Assembly: GCA_963696085.1 (NCBI GenBank)
Contig: CAVOIQ010000004.1
Span: 48,291 to 112,290 of the forward strand
From: an uncultured Actinomycetota bacterium
GTDB lineage: Bacteria; Actinomycetota; Actinomycetes; Actinomycetales; Microbacteriaceae
Direction of reading: 5' to 3'
Length of the DNA: 64,000 bases
Below are positions 50,105 through 61,453 of the stretch, piece by piece. Both the position numbers and the translations under genes were made by a program. The notes under the pieces were generated by a model. That model searched no databases and was not told the origin of the DNA. It saw nothing but the letters and a program-made list of their open reading frames with translations. How positions within the stretch are numbered: position 1 is the stretch's first letter; every line of letters starts with the position of its first letter.

Positions 50105-51148
50105 TCAATCCAGGACGTCCGCGAGATCGAAGGCAGACACGGTCTCCAATTGGTCATAGGTGCATGAGCGCGGCTCGCGGTCGGGTCGCCATCGATCGAA
50201 CTGCACCGTATGCCGGAACCGGTGACCCTCGAGCTGGTCGTAGCGCACTTCGAGCACGCGCTCCGGGCGAAGTCGCACGAAAGACACATCCTTCGACGAC
50301 GTGAAGCGAGAGCGATCGCCCTCACCCGTGACCGCTTCACCATCGGCGTCGCGTTCGACGAGCGGAGCGAGTTCGTCGACGAGCTCGAGTCGCCGTTTGT
50401 CGGTCCACGCGGCGACGCCCCCCACGCTGCGCAGCACTCCGTCGGCGTCGTACAACCCGACCAGGAGCGATCCGACGCCCTGACCGCTCTTGTGCACCCG
50501 ATAGCCGAGGGCGACCACATCCGCGGTGCGCGCATGCTTGATCTTGAGCATCGTGCGCTTGCCCGGGGCATAGGGCTGCGCGAGCGGCTTGGCGACGACC
50601 CCGTCGAGGCCCGCGCCTTCGAACTCCGCCAGCCACTGACGGGCGCGATCGGGATCCTCGGTCGTGCGGGTGAGGTGGACCGGATGCGGGATATCGCTCA
50701 GCAGATCGACGAGTTCGCTGCGCCGTGCGGAGAATGGCTCGTCCTGCAGATCGCGCTCGCCGCGGGCGAGGAGGTCGAAGGCGATGAACATCGCCGGAGT
50801 CGTCTCGCTGAGCATCGTCACTCGTGACACGGCGGGGTGAATGCGCTGCGAAAGCGCCTCCCATTGCAGGCGCTGGGAGCCTGACTCGCCGGTGGCGACG
50901 ACGATCTCACCGTCTATCAGACAGGGTTCGGGGAGGAGGCGTGCGAAGGCCTCGACCAGCTCGGGGAAGTAGCGCGTGAGCGGCTTGGCTCCGCGCGAGC
51001 CGATCTCGACGGACTCACCGTCCCACGACACCAGCGCGCGGAAGCCATCCCATTTCGGTTCGAACGAGAGCCCGCCGGGGGTCTTCGCCGGATCGGGAAT
51101 GGCGGGTACGGCTTTCGCGAGCATCGGCTGGGGAATGTCGTAGGCCAT
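50105..51148 (-). CDS. ligC: ATP-dependent DNA ligase LigC
   Basis: PMLAK, FEPKWDGFR, IDGEIV, AFDLL, LDGVVAK, HRFRH; ATG 51148. Confidence 0.93.
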   Translation of the reverse strand: MAYDIPQPMLAKAVPAIPDPAKTPGGLSFEPKWDGFRALVSWDGESVEIGSRGAKPLTRYFPELVEAFARLLPEPCLIDGEIVVATGESGSQRLQWEALSQRIHPAVSRVTMLSETTPAMFIAFDLLARGERDLQDEPFSARRSELVDLLSDIPHPVHLTRTTEDPDRARQWLAEFEGAGLDGVVAKPLAQPYAPGKRTMLKIKHARTADVVALGYRVHKSGQGVGSLLVGLYDADGVLRSVGGVAAWTDKRRLELVDELAPLVERDADGEAVTGEGDRSRFTSSKDVSFVRLRPERVLEVRYDQLEGHRFRHTVQFDRWRPDREPRSCTYDQLETVSAFDLADVLD

Positions 51149-51197
51149 GGATCCATCCTGGCCCGTCGCGGCCACGCACGGAATGGGTGGGAGCATC

Positions 51198-51228
51198 GCG
51201 GGGGTGGGGCAGCTCGCCCCACCCCCGC
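51198..51228. terminator. Strong GC hairpin upstream of the ligC start
   Basis: Perfect 13-bp stem GCGGGGGTGGGGC-AGCTC-GCCCCACCCCCGC; no U-tract. Confidence 0.5.
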
Positions 51229-51432
51229 ATCCCGAGCCATGGTGCAGGCGTTCCGCTCTCTCCCCACGAGAGTTTCAGGGGTGTGGGTTCATACCCTGGA
51301 CACCCTGTCGGCAGTCATTCGGGACACTGTGCCAACGTGACTTATCTTGATCCCTGGGCCAGGAAACCTCATCGGGCATTTGCCCGATCTTCGGCGGACG
51401 TAAGGCGTGTGTTCGCGGCGTAGCCTGGTGCG

Positions 51433-52572
51433 ATGCCCGACGTGAGCCCGCACATCCGCGCCGTTCCGGGCAGCGGCATCCGCCGAATCCACGAGATCGC
51501 GCTCACGCTCGATGGGGTGACATCGCTCGTGGTGGGCGAGCCGGATGTGCCGATCGCCTCGCACATCGCCGCCGCGGCGAAGGCCGCCTGGGACGCCGAC
51601 GAGACCGACTACACCGCCAACGCGGGGATCCCCGCCCTGCGGCGCGCATTCGCGGATCGGTTCGCCGCGGATCAGGGCGTCGACCTCGACATCGAGCGGA
51701 TCTGGACCGCGGCGGGCGGCACCCAAGCCCTCCACCAGGCGCTCGGGCTCGTGCTCGCGCCGGGTGACGAAGTGCTCGTGCCCGATCCTGGCTACACGAC
51801 GTTCACGATGAGCCCGCGGATGCTCTCGGCCGTGCCGGTGCCGTACGCGCTCAGGCTCGAAGCGGGATTCCTCCCGGAGATCGACCGGCTCGAGCACCTT
51901 GTCACCGCGCGGACCAAGGCGATCATCGTCAATTCGCCCTCGAACCCACTGGGCACGGTGCTCGATCGCGCCGCGGCGGAGGCGCTGCTCGAGTTCGCGA
52001 GCCGTCATGACCTCTGGGTGATCAGCGACGAGGTGTATTCAGATCTGACGTGGGACGGCGCGCATGTCAGCCTGACGGCGCTCGACGGCGGGGAGCGGGT
52101 GCTGGGGGTCTTCTCGCTGTCGAAGACGTACGCGATGACCGGCATCCGGATCGGATTCCTCGTCACCCCGCCGGGCTGGACAGACATCATGCGGACGGTG
52201 CAGGAAGCGATGATCTCGTGCGTCAACGCACCGGGTCAGTATGCCGGGATCGCCGCGCTCACCGGCGATCAGAGTCACGTGGCGGCCGCGCGCGCTCACT
52301 ATCGGGGCAACCTCGACGCGGCGACCGCTCTCCTCGACGCGCGAGGCATCGGCTACGTCGAGCCGGCGGGAGCGTTCTACCTGTGGATCGACGTGCGCCA
52401 CACATCCGGGGGAGACGTGGCGGCCTGGGCGGAGCGATTCCTGCGCGAGCAGAGGGTCGCCGTGGCGCCGGGTTCAGCCTTCGGGGAGTCGGGTGAAGGC
52501 TGGATTCGCGTCTGCGTCGCCGCGAACCGTGCCGACATCATGCACGGGTTGTCGCTGCTCCCCGCCCCCTGA
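51433..52572 (+). CDS. PLP-dependent aminotransferase class I/II
   Basis: VGEPD, GGTQAL, NSPSNPLG, ISDEVY, SLSKTYAMTGIRIG, GAFY. Confidence 0.93.
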   Translation: MPDVSPHIRAVPGSGIRRIHEIALTLDGVTSLVVGEPDVPIASHIAAAAKAAWDADETDYTANAGIPALRRAFADRFAADQGVDLDIERIWTAAGGTQALHQALGLVLAPGDEVLVPDPGYTTFTMSPRMLSAVPVPYALRLEAGFLPEIDRLEHLVTARTKAIIVNSPSNPLGTVLDRAAAEALLEFASRHDLWVISDEVYSDLTWDGAHVSLTALDGGERVLGVFSLSKTYAMTGIRIGFLVTPPGWTDIMRTVQEAMISCVNAPGQYAGIAALTGDQSHVAAARAHYRGNLDAATALLDARGIGYVEPAGAFYLWIDVRHTSGGDVAAWAERFLREQRVAVAPGSAFGESGEGWIRVCVAANRADIMHGLSLLPAP

Positions 52573-52593
52573 CCGGCGGGGGAGTGGCTTCGC

Positions 52594-53268
52594 TCAGGGG
52601 TCGAGGCGGGCGTGCAGAAGCCGGGCCACTTCGGCCCGCGGCATCCGGCGCGGGAACACTGCGATCACGACGTCATCGTCGGCGGGACCGGACTCGTCGC
52701 CCAGGACGCCGAAGCGGCGACGCACATCGTCGAGCGCTGCGCGCAACGTGCTGACCGGAACGCGCTTGGGCCCGCGGAGCAGTTGCCGCAGAACGTGATT
52801 GTGCACCGCGGTCACCAGGGCACTGAACCCGACGGCGTCGAGCGGATCGAGGCCCGGCAGTGCGCCGCGAAGGTATTCGTCGAACACGCGCTCGTAGCGG
52901 AACACCATCACGATCTCGCGGTCGCGCAGCGCCGGCACCGTGCGCACGACCGCGTACCGGCGACGGGCGAGGTCGGGGTCGGCGGCGAAGTGGCGATACA
53001 CCTGCACGGATGCCTCGCACACGGCGTCCCACGGGTCGTCGTGGGGCTTCGCCAAGTCGGCGCGCACCCGTTCGAGGAGCAGGTCGTGGTCGGCGAAGAC
53101 GACGTCGTCCTTCCCGCCGAACTGGCGGAAGAAGGTGGAGCGGGAAATTCCGGCCGCCTGTGCGATCTGCTCGACTGAGGTGGATTCGAAACCCTGCGCG
53201 GCGAACAGTTCGAGCGCGGCGGCGACCACCGCGTTGCGTGCGGTGGAGGGATTCGCTGTCTCACTCAT
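52594..53268 (-). CDS. TetR-family regulator
   Basis: AALELFAAQGFESTSVEQIAQAAGISRSTFFRQFGGKDDV; ATG 53268. Confidence 0.92.
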   Translation of the reverse strand: MSETANPSTARNAVVAAALELFAAQGFESTSVEQIAQAAGISRSTFFRQFGGKDDVVFADHDLLLERVRADLAKPHDDPWDAVCEASVQVYRHFAADPDLARRRYAVVRTVPALRDREIVMVFRYERVFDEYLRGALPGLDPLDAVGFSALVTAVHNHVLRQLLRGPKRVPVSTLRAALDDVRRRFGVLGDESGPADDDVVIAVFPRRMPRAEVARLLHARLDP

Positions 53269-53405
53269 GGTCGACCAAAGCCTAGACCGGGGTGGGACGT
53301 GACAGAGCGGTCCTGGCCGGATAGTAGGCTGGATAACTGGCCGATATCTTGACGTCAAGATTCTTTTCGGCCTTACCCCCACAGTCGCCCAGCGAAGGAT
53401 TGCAC

Positions 53406-54572
53406 GTGGATCTCTACGAGTACCAGGCACGAGACCTATTCGAGAAGCATGGGGTGCCGGTACTTGCCGGCATCATTGCCGACACTCCTGAGGAGGCGAA
53501 GGCAGCGGCCGAGAAGATCGGCGGCGTGGTCGTCGTCAAGGCTCAGGTCAAAGTCGGAGGCCGCGGCAAAGCCGGCGGCGTCAAGGTCGCCAAGACCGCC
53601 GACGAGGCATACGAAGCAGCGAAGGCCATCCTCGGCCTCGACATCAAGGGACACGTCGTTCAGCGCGTCATGGTGGCTGCCGGAGCCGACATCAAAGAGG
53701 AGTTCTACTTCTCGGTGCTGTTGGACCGGTCGAACCGCTCCTACCTCTCGCTGTGCTCCGTCGAGGGTGGTGTTGAGATCGAGCAGCTGGCGGTCGAGAA
53801 GCCCGAGGCACTCGCACGCATCGAGGTGAACCCGCTGACGGGTATCGATGCCGCCAAGGCGCTCGAGATCGCCAAGGCCGGCGGCTTCGACGACGAACTG
53901 GCCGCGAAGGTCGCCCCCGTCTTCGTCAAGCTCTACGACGTCTACAAGAACGAGGGCGCGACCCTCGTCGAGGTCAACCCCCTCGTCCTCACCGGTTCCG
54001 GCGACATCATCGCCCTCGACGGCAAGGTCACGCTCGACGAGAACGCGAGCGAAGTTCGCCACCCCGAGCACGAAGCGCTCGAGGACAAGGGCGCCGCAGA
54101 TCCGCTCGAGGCGAAGGCCAAGGCATCCGGTCTGAACTACGTCAAGCTCGACGGCCAGGTCGGCGTCATCGGAAACGGTGCGGGACTGGTCATGTCCACC
54201 CTCGACGTCGTCGCGTACGCGGGGGAGAAGCACGGCGGAGTGAAGCCGGCGAACTTCCTCGACATCGGCGGCGGAGCGTCAGCGACCGTCATGGCCGCAG
54301 GCCTCGACGTCATCCTCGGCGACGAGCAGGTCAAGTCGGTCTTCGTGAACGTCTTCGGCGGCATCACGTCGTGCGTCGCCGTTGCGGACGGCATCGTCAA
54401 GGCCCTCGAAATCCTCGGCGACAGCGCCACCAAGCCGCTCGTCGTGCGCCTCGACGGCAACCAGGTCGAAGAGGGTCGCGCGATCCTCGCCGCAGCCAAC
54501 AACCCCCTCGTCACCCTCGCCGCCAGCATGGACGACGGCGCCGACAAGGCCGCCGAGCTGGCGAACGCCTGA
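53406..54572 (+). CDS. sucC: Succinyl-CoA synthetase beta subunit
   Basis: [45 protein letters not shown]. Confidence 0.98.
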   Translation: MDLYEYQARDLFEKHGVPVLAGIIADTPEEAKAAAEKIGGVVVVKAQVKVGGRGKAGGVKVAKTADEAYEAAKAILGLDIKGHVVQRVMVAAGADIKEEFYFSVLLDRSNRSYLSLCSVEGGVEIEQLAVEKPEALARIEVNPLTGIDAAKALEIAKAGGFDDELAAKVAPVFVKLYDVYKNEGATLVEVNPLVLTGSGDIIALDGKVTLDENASEVRHPEHEALEDKGAADPLEAKAKASGLNYVKLDGQVGVIGNGAGLVMSTLDVVAYAGEKHGGVKPANFLDIGGGASATVMAAGLDVILGDEQVKSVFVNVFGGITSCVAVADGIVKALEILGDSATKPLVVRLDGNQVEEGRAILAAANNPLVTLAASMDDGADKAAELANA

Positions 54573-55499
<927 letters not shown>

Positions 55500-55526
55500 G
55501 TCGAAGTGCGCTGAGCTCTAAACGAC

Positions 55527-55556
55527 AGGGGACGGATGCTGCGGCATCCGTCCCCT
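55527..55556 (+). terminator. Terminator after sucD
   Basis: Perfect 13-bp stem AGGGGACGGATGC-TGCG-GCATCCGTCCCCT followed by a T-rich tract. Confidence 0.85.
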
Positions 55557-55624
55557 TCGTCGTTCTTCCTCGACTTCGGGCAGGGGTTCGCCGCACGCTC
55601 GATCAGGCGTCATAGGGTGGAAGC

Positions 55625-56065
55625 ATGCCGCTGACCGGAGAATACAAGCCGTCCACCGCCGAATGGGCTCGCACCCAGGCCGAGAAGTTCGAGGCGTCGG
55701 GAGGGACTGAAGCCAACACCCTGCGCGGAGTGCCGATCATCGTCCTCACGACCGTCGGCGCGAAGTCCGGCGGACTTCGCAAGACCGCGCTGATGCGCGT
55801 CGAGCATGAGGGGCGCTACCTCGTCGTCGCATCGAAGGGCGGAACACCAGAGCCACCTGCGTGGTACTGGAACATCCGCGCGAACGCGCACGTCGAGCTG
55901 CAGGACGGTGCCGACAAGCGCGACTACAACGCTCGCGAGCTGAGCGGTGACGAGCGGACCGAGTGGTGGGCGCGCGCGACCGCCGTGTGGCCCGATTACG
56001 ACACCTACCAGACCAAGACAGACCGCGAGATCGCGATCTTCCTCCTGGAGCCGTTCGAGGACTGA
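55625..56065 (+). CDS. Deazaflavin (F420)-dependent nitroreductase family (Ddn/FDOR-A)
   Basis: [46 protein letters not shown]. Confidence 0.92.
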   Translation: MPLTGEYKPSTAEWARTQAEKFEASGGTEANTLRGVPIIVLTTVGAKSGGLRKTALMRVEHEGRYLVVASKGGTPEPPAWYWNIRANAHVELQDGADKRDYNARELSGDERTEWWARATAVWPDYDTYQTKTDREIAIFLLEPFED

Positions 56066-56100
56066 CGACCGCGATACTGACGAGCGCGCGCCCGTCGGAA

Positions 56101-57567
56101 CTACCCGCCGAGCAGCGTTTCGATGGGCCCGCGCCCGAAGTACACCGCAAATCCAGCCGCGACGACCCAGAGCAGTGGGCTGATGTCCCGCGCCTTGCCG
56201 GACAGCGACCGGACGATGACCCAGCTGATGAACCCGGCGCCGATGCCGTTGGCGATCGAGTACGTCAGAGGCATCACCGTGATCGTGAGGAAGACCGGGA
56301 TGAGCGCCGAGACGTCGGAGAGTTCCACGTAGCGGATCTGCGCCATCATCAGCGCGCCCACGATCACCAACGCCGATGCGGCGATCTCGGTCGGCACGAT
56401 CGTCGTCAGCGGCGTGAAGAACATCGCGAGCAGGAACAGAGCGCCGGTCACGAGGTTCGCGAGGCCCGTGCGGGCGCCTTCGCCGATGCCGGCACCCGAC
56501 TCGATGAAGACCGTGTTCGACGAGGACGAGGTGAAGCCACCTGCGACGGCGCCGATGCCCTCGACGACGAGCGCCGATCGGAGACGCGGGAAGTTGCCCT
56601 TGTCGTCCGCCAACTCTGCTTCGCGCGAGAGCCCGGTCAGCGTCCCCATCGCGTCGAAGAAGTTCGTGAACAGGAGCGTGAAGACGAGCATCGTGGCGGC
56701 GAGCACGCCGATGCGCTCGAACGAGCCGAAGCTGATCTGTCCGACCAGGCTCAGATCGGGGAAGCTCACCCACTGCTCCGGAAGTTCGGGGACGGTGAGG
56801 CCCCACCCCCCGGGGTTGAGGGTGCCGTCGTCGCCGAATTTGGGCCCGATGTGCCAGATCGCCTCGACGATGACCGAGACCACGGTGCCGGTGACGAGTC
56901 CGATGAGGATCGCGCCCTTGACCTTGCGCGCCATGAGCACGGCAGTCAGCAGCAACGTGAAAACGAACAGCAGAGTCGGGACGGTGGCGATGGAGCCGGC
57001 GATACCGAGACCGACCGGAGGTGACGATTCTCCGGTGGCGGTCACGAACCCGCTGTCGACGAAGCCGATGAAGGCGATGAACAGGCCGATGCCCACGGTG
57101 ATCGCCGTCTTCAGCGCCATCGGAACGGCGTCGAAGATGAGACGGCGGAGCCCTGTGACGGCCAACAGCACGATGAGCAGGCCGTTGATGACGACGAGCC
57201 CCATGGCTTCGGCCCACGTCACCTGGCCGACGACCGCCACGGCGAGGAACGAGTTGATGCCCAGGCCCGCCGCGAACGCGAACGGCAGACGTGCCACCAG
57301 CCCGAACAGAATCGTCATCGCTCCGGCGGTCAACGCGGTCGACGCGGCGACGGCGGCGAAGGGCAACTGGCCGCCCTCGACGTCGACGGCACCCGACAGG
57401 ATGATCGGATTCAAGATCACGATGTACGCCATCGCGACGAAGGTGACGAGACCACCGCGGACTTCGCCGCCGATCGTAGAGCCACGCCTCGAGATGTCGA
57501 AGAAGCGATCGATCGCGTTCTTCGGCTGAGTGTCGGGCTGAGCGTCCGTAGGGGCTGTGCTGGTCAT
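56101..57567 (-). CDS. NCS2/AzgA-family purine permease
   Basis: EVRGGLVTFVAMAYI, AAGLGINSF, NFFDAMGT, FIESGAGIGEGARTGLA; SD AAGGAGG before ATG 57567. Confidence 0.93.
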   Translation of the reverse strand: MTSTAPTDAQPDTQPKNAIDRFFDISRRGSTIGGEVRGGLVTFVAMAYIVILNPIILSGAVDVEGGQLPFAAVAASTALTAGAMTILFGLVARLPFAFAAGLGINSFLAVAVVGQVTWAEAMGLVVINGLLIVLLAVTGLRRLIFDAVPMALKTAITVGIGLFIAFIGFVDSGFVTATGESSPPVGLGIAGSIATVPTLLFVFTLLLTAVLMARKVKGAILIGLVTGTVVSVIVEAIWHIGPKFGDDGTLNPGGWGLTVPELPEQWVSFPDLSLVGQISFGSFERIGVLAATMLVFTLLFTNFFDAMGTLTGLSREAELADDKGNFPRLRSALVVEGIGAVAGGFTSSSSNTVFIESGAGIGEGARTGLANLVTGALFLLAMFFTPLTTIVPTEIAASALVIVGALMMAQIRYVELSDVSALIPVFLTITVMPLTYSIANGIGAGFISWVIVRSLSGKARDISPLLWVVAAGFAVYFGRGPIETLLGG

Positions 57568-57648
57568 GATTCCTCCTTGGACGACGCTAGCGGTCACATG
57601 GTGCGCCTCGCATCACCCTCCCGTTCGGCTAGGTAGGGTCGATGGGGC

Positions 57649-59100
57649 ATGAATCGCCTTATCGTCGCCCTCCTCGCCGCCTTCGACGCCATCATCGTCG
57701 TCGCGACCGGCCTCGCCGCCGTCCTTGCTCCGCTCACGATCCTGTGGGTGCTCAACCTCGGACCCGGCGCGGTGTGGAGTGCCCTGTGGCCGACGACCGC
57801 GAAGATCTGGCAGCTCGGACACCTGGTGCCCATCGAGGTCACCCTCCCCGCGGACTACCTCGCGGCCACCGGCATCCCCGCCGATGCCAGCACCTTCGTG
57901 CTTTCGCTCGCACCCTTGGCGTTCGCGGGTTTCACCGCGATCTTCGCCGCGCGTTCGGGCGCTCGCGCGGCCCGCGCCGGCGCGTGGGGCACCGGCGTGG
58001 GCGCGGGTACCGTGACGTTCGCCGCCCTCACCGTGGCCCTGTACCTCACCTCGCAGACCGACCTCGCGGTCGTCACGCAGTGGCAGGCGCTCCTGCTGCC
58101 GGTTCTGGTGTTCGCGCTGCCCGCCCTCGTCGGTGGCATCGTGGGCGCGTGGCGCCTCGGCGACGACGGGCTCATCGACGGCATCCGGGAACGCGCTGAC
58201 GACCACCCGCACTGGCGTGGCGTCCCCGAAGGCATTGCGGTGGGCGCCGGCATCACTCTCGCGGGCACCGTGGGGCTGGGAGCGCTCGCGCTCACGGTCG
58301 GACTCGTCACCCGCGGCACGGAAGTCATCGCGCTGTTCGAGGCCGCGCACGTCGATGTGCTCGGCGCCGTCGTGCTGACGATCGGTCAGCTCGCCTATCT
58401 GCCGACAGTCGTCGTGTGGGGAGCGGCATTCGTCGCCGGGCCGGGGTTCGCGGTCGGCCAGGCGACCACCGTGTCACCGGCGGGCACCAACCTCGGTATC
58501 GTCCCCGGCGTGCCGATCCTCGGCGTCATTCCCGAATCGGGCAGCGCATGGCTGCTGCTCCTCGTGCTTCTGGTCGTCGGTCTTGGCGTGCTGGCCGGGC
58601 TGGCCGCGCGCGCACGGCTCCTGCGGCAGGGGAGGGACGAGCGGATGCTTCCGCGCCTCATCGTGCTTGCGGGCATCGTGATCCTCAGCGCCGGCGGCGC
58701 GGCTCTGCTCGCCGTTCTCGCCTCGGGCTCGCTCGGTCCCGGCCGACTGGACACCCTCGGCCCCGAGCCAGGCCCGTTCGCATTGGCGGTCGCCGCAGAG
58801 GTCGCCGTCGGCGCGGCGATCGTCTTGCTGACACCCCGCGGTGGGCCGCATCCTGTTGCTGAATCGGGATTGGGTGCCGTCGAAGAGTGGCCTGCTCCGG
58901 ACGCCCCGCGGGATCTCGCCCCCGCGCCATACCTGGCTGCTGCGTCGGCACAGGGACCGGAACCGGTGACGGATCCCGACCTGCAGCCCACAGAACCCAT
59001 CGACGCCGGGTTCCTCGCCGCGCCCTCCGCCAGCCGGTCCGGCGAGACTCCTCCCGACGAGACGGACCCCGAAGTGCCCGACGGGTCGCGGGTAGAGTAG
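57649..59100 (+). CDS. DUF6350/PerM-like multi-pass membrane protein
   Basis: ~10 TM segments, [25 protein letters not shown]; conserved position upstream of purN. Confidence 0.8.
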   Translation: MNRLIVALLAAFDAIIVVATGLAAVLAPLTILWVLNLGPGAVWSALWPTTAKIWQLGHLVPIEVTLPADYLAATGIPADASTFVLSLAPLAFAGFTAIFAARSGARAARAGAWGTGVGAGTVTFAALTVALYLTSQTDLAVVTQWQALLLPVLVFALPALVGGIVGAWRLGDDGLIDGIRERADDHPHWRGVPEGIAVGAGITLAGTVGLGALALTVGLVTRGTEVIALFEAAHVDVLGAVVLTIGQLAYLPTVVVWGAAFVAGPGFAVGQATTVSPAGTNLGIVPGVPILGVIPESGSAWLLLLVLLVVGLGVLAGLAARARLLRQGRDERMLPRLIVLAGIVILSAGGAALLAVLASGSLGPGRLDTLGPEPGPFALAVAAEVAVGAAIVLLTPRGGPHPVAESGLGAVEEWPAPDAPRDLAPAPYLAAASAQGPEPVTDPDLQPTEPIDAGFLAAPSASRSGETPPDETDPEVPDGSRVE

Positions 59101-59104
59101 GACA

Positions 59105-59710
59105 GTGCTCACGGTCGCCGTTCTCATCTCGGGCGCGGGGTCAAACATGCGTGCCCTGCTCGAGGCCGCGAGCGACCCGCATTACCCGGCACGAATCATC
59201 GTCGTCGGCGCCGACCGACAGGCCGACGGATTCGAGCACGCGGAAGCCTTCGGCATCCCGACGTTCATGGTTCCGTTCCACGAGTACGAGACTCGCGAGC
59301 ACTGGGGCGAAGAACTGCAACGCCAACTCGAGGTGTGGAATCCCGACCTCATCGTGCTCAGCGGTCTGATGCGCCTCCTCCCGCCGGCCGTCGTCGATGC
59401 CTGGTCTCCGAACCTCATCAACACGCACCCCGCGTTCCTGCCCGAGTTCCCCGGCGCACACGGCGTGCGCGATGCGCTCGCCGCCGGCGTCGCCCAGACC
59501 GGTGCCAGCGTGATCGTCGTCGACAACGGCATCGATTCGGGTCCGGTCCTCGCCCAGGAGCGCATCGCGGTGCACCCCGGCGACGACGCACACTCCCTGC
59601 ACGAGCGCATCAAACCCGTTGAGCGCCGACTGCTGATCGATGTCGTCCGTCGCATCGCAACCGGCGATCTCGCACTGAACACCGTCTCAGACCCCTCTCA
59701 CAGACACTGA
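59105..59710 (+). CDS. purN: Phosphoribosylglycinamide formyltransferase
   Basis: [31 protein letters not shown]. Confidence 0.97.
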   Translation: MLTVAVLISGAGSNMRALLEAASDPHYPARIIVVGADRQADGFEHAEAFGIPTFMVPFHEYETREHWGEELQRQLEVWNPDLIVLSGLMRLLPPAVVDAWSPNLINTHPAFLPEFPGAHGVRDALAAGVAQTGASVIVVDNGIDSGPVLAQERIAVHPGDDAHSLHERIKPVERRLLIDVVRRIATGDLALNTVSDPSHRH

Positions 59711-59726
59711 ACCACCAGGAGCTTCA

Positions 59727-61331
59727 ATGGCCGGCCCCAGCATCGACCCTGCCCTTTACCGTCACCGCGACCTCGTCCCGGTGCGGCGGGCACTCGTCTC
59801 CGTCAGCGACAAGACCGACCTGCTGCCGCTGGCACAGGCCCTCGCCGAGGCGGGCGTCGAGATCGTCTCCACCGGCGGATCCGCGGCGCTTCTGCGCGAC
59901 GCGGGCCTGACGGTGACCGACGTCGCCGAGGTCACCGGCTTCCCTGAGTCGCTCGGCGGTCGTGTCAAGACGCTCCACCCGAGCGTCCACGCCGGACTCC
60001 TCGCTGACCTGCGCCTCGAAGACCACGAGCTTCAGCTCGGTGGCCTCGGCATCGAGCCCTTCGAACTCGTCGTCGTCAACCTGTACCCCTTTGCTGAAAC
60101 TGTGGCCTCGGGTGCCGAGGGCGACGCCGTGGTCGAGCAGATCGACATCGGCGGACCGGCGATGGTCCGCGCCTCTGCGAAGAACTTCGCCAACGTGGCC
60201 ATCGTCGTCTCCCCGACCTCCTACCCCGCCATCATCGACTCCGTCCGTGCGGGCGGCACCACGCTGTCGCAGCGCCGTGATCTCGCCGCGCGGGCCTTTG
60301 CCCACACGTGCGAATACGACCGCGCGGTCGCCACCTGGTTCGTCGAGGAATCGCTCGCCGGCGACGACCTGCCGCGGCATCTGACCATCAAGGCAGAGCG
60401 CCTCGCTACCCTCCGCTACGGCGAGAACTCGCACCAGCGCGCGGCGATCTACACGCGCATCGGCGGCCACGGCATCGCTCAAGCCGAGCAGCTTCAGGGC
60501 AAGGAGATGTCGTACAACAACTACGTCGACGCGGATGCCGCTCTGCGGGCAGCATTCGACATGGTCAAGCCCGCTGTCGCGATCATCAAGCACGCCAACC
60601 CCTGCGGGATCGCGGTCGGAGCGCCGCAAGCCCTCGACCCGATCGCCTCCGCGCACCTGCGCGCTCACGAGTGCGATCCGGTCTCGGCGTTCGGCGGCGT
60701 GATCGCCGCCAACCGCACCATCACTCTGAAGATGGCGGAGAATCTCCGCGATATCTTCACCGAGGTCATCGTCGCGCCGGACTTCGAGCCCGCAGCGCTC
60801 GAGGTCTTCAAGCTGAAGAAGAACCTGCGTGTGCTGCGCCTGCCTGCCGACTGGCGCCAGGAGCAGATGGATGTGCGGCTCGTGTCCGGCGGTCTTCTGC
60901 TGCAGGATGCCGACCGCTTCCCCGACGACATCGAGTCGGTGGCGGCAAACTGGCAACTCGTCTCGGGCGAGCGTCCCGATCCGTCCGAACTCGAGGGCAT
61001 GATCTTCGCGTGGAAAGCCTGCCGTGCGGTGAAGTCCAACGCCATCGTCCTCGCGCGCGGCTCTGCCACCGTCGGCATCGGCATGGGTCAGGTCAACCGG
61101 GTCGACTCCTGCCGACTCGCGGTCGAACGCGCCGGCGATCGCGCCGCCGGATCGGTCGCGGCATCCGACGCCTTCTTCCCGTTCGCCGACGGCCCACAGG
61201 TGCTGATCGACGCCGGCATCCGCACGATCATCCAGCCCGGTGGATCCGTGCGTGACCAGGAAGTCATCGACGCCGCCCGCGAGGCCGGCGTGACGATGTT
61301 CTTCACCGGTGAGCGCCACTTCTTCCATTGA
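59727..61331 (+). CDS. purH: AICAR transformylase/IMP cyclohydrolase
   Basis: [59 protein letters not shown]. Confidence 0.98.
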   Translation: MAGPSIDPALYRHRDLVPVRRALVSVSDKTDLLPLAQALAEAGVEIVSTGGSAALLRDAGLTVTDVAEVTGFPESLGGRVKTLHPSVHAGLLADLRLEDHELQLGGLGIEPFELVVVNLYPFAETVASGAEGDAVVEQIDIGGPAMVRASAKNFANVAIVVSPTSYPAIIDSVRAGGTTLSQRRDLAARAFAHTCEYDRAVATWFVEESLAGDDLPRHLTIKAERLATLRYGENSHQRAAIYTRIGGHGIAQAEQLQGKEMSYNNYVDADAALRAAFDMVKPAVAIIKHANPCGIAVGAPQALDPIASAHLRAHECDPVSAFGGVIAANRTITLKMAENLRDIFTEVIVAPDFEPAALEVFKLKKNLRVLRLPADWRQEQMDVRLVSGGLLLQDADRFPDDIESVAANWQLVSGERPDPSELEGMIFAWKACRAVKSNAIVLARGSATVGIGMGQVNRVDSCRLAVERAGDRAAGSVAASDAFFPFADGPQVLIDAGIRTIIQPGGSVRDQEVIDAAREAGVTMFFTGERHFFH

Positions 61332-61453
61332 TCCGGACGTCGACCGGCACGAAGGCGCGCATGGGCACTGCTGCCCATCGCGGGTGAGTACGACGTCGGT
61401 TAGGTTTACGGAACCTGGTTGAAGGTCTGTGCGGATGGAGAGAAACGGCTGCG

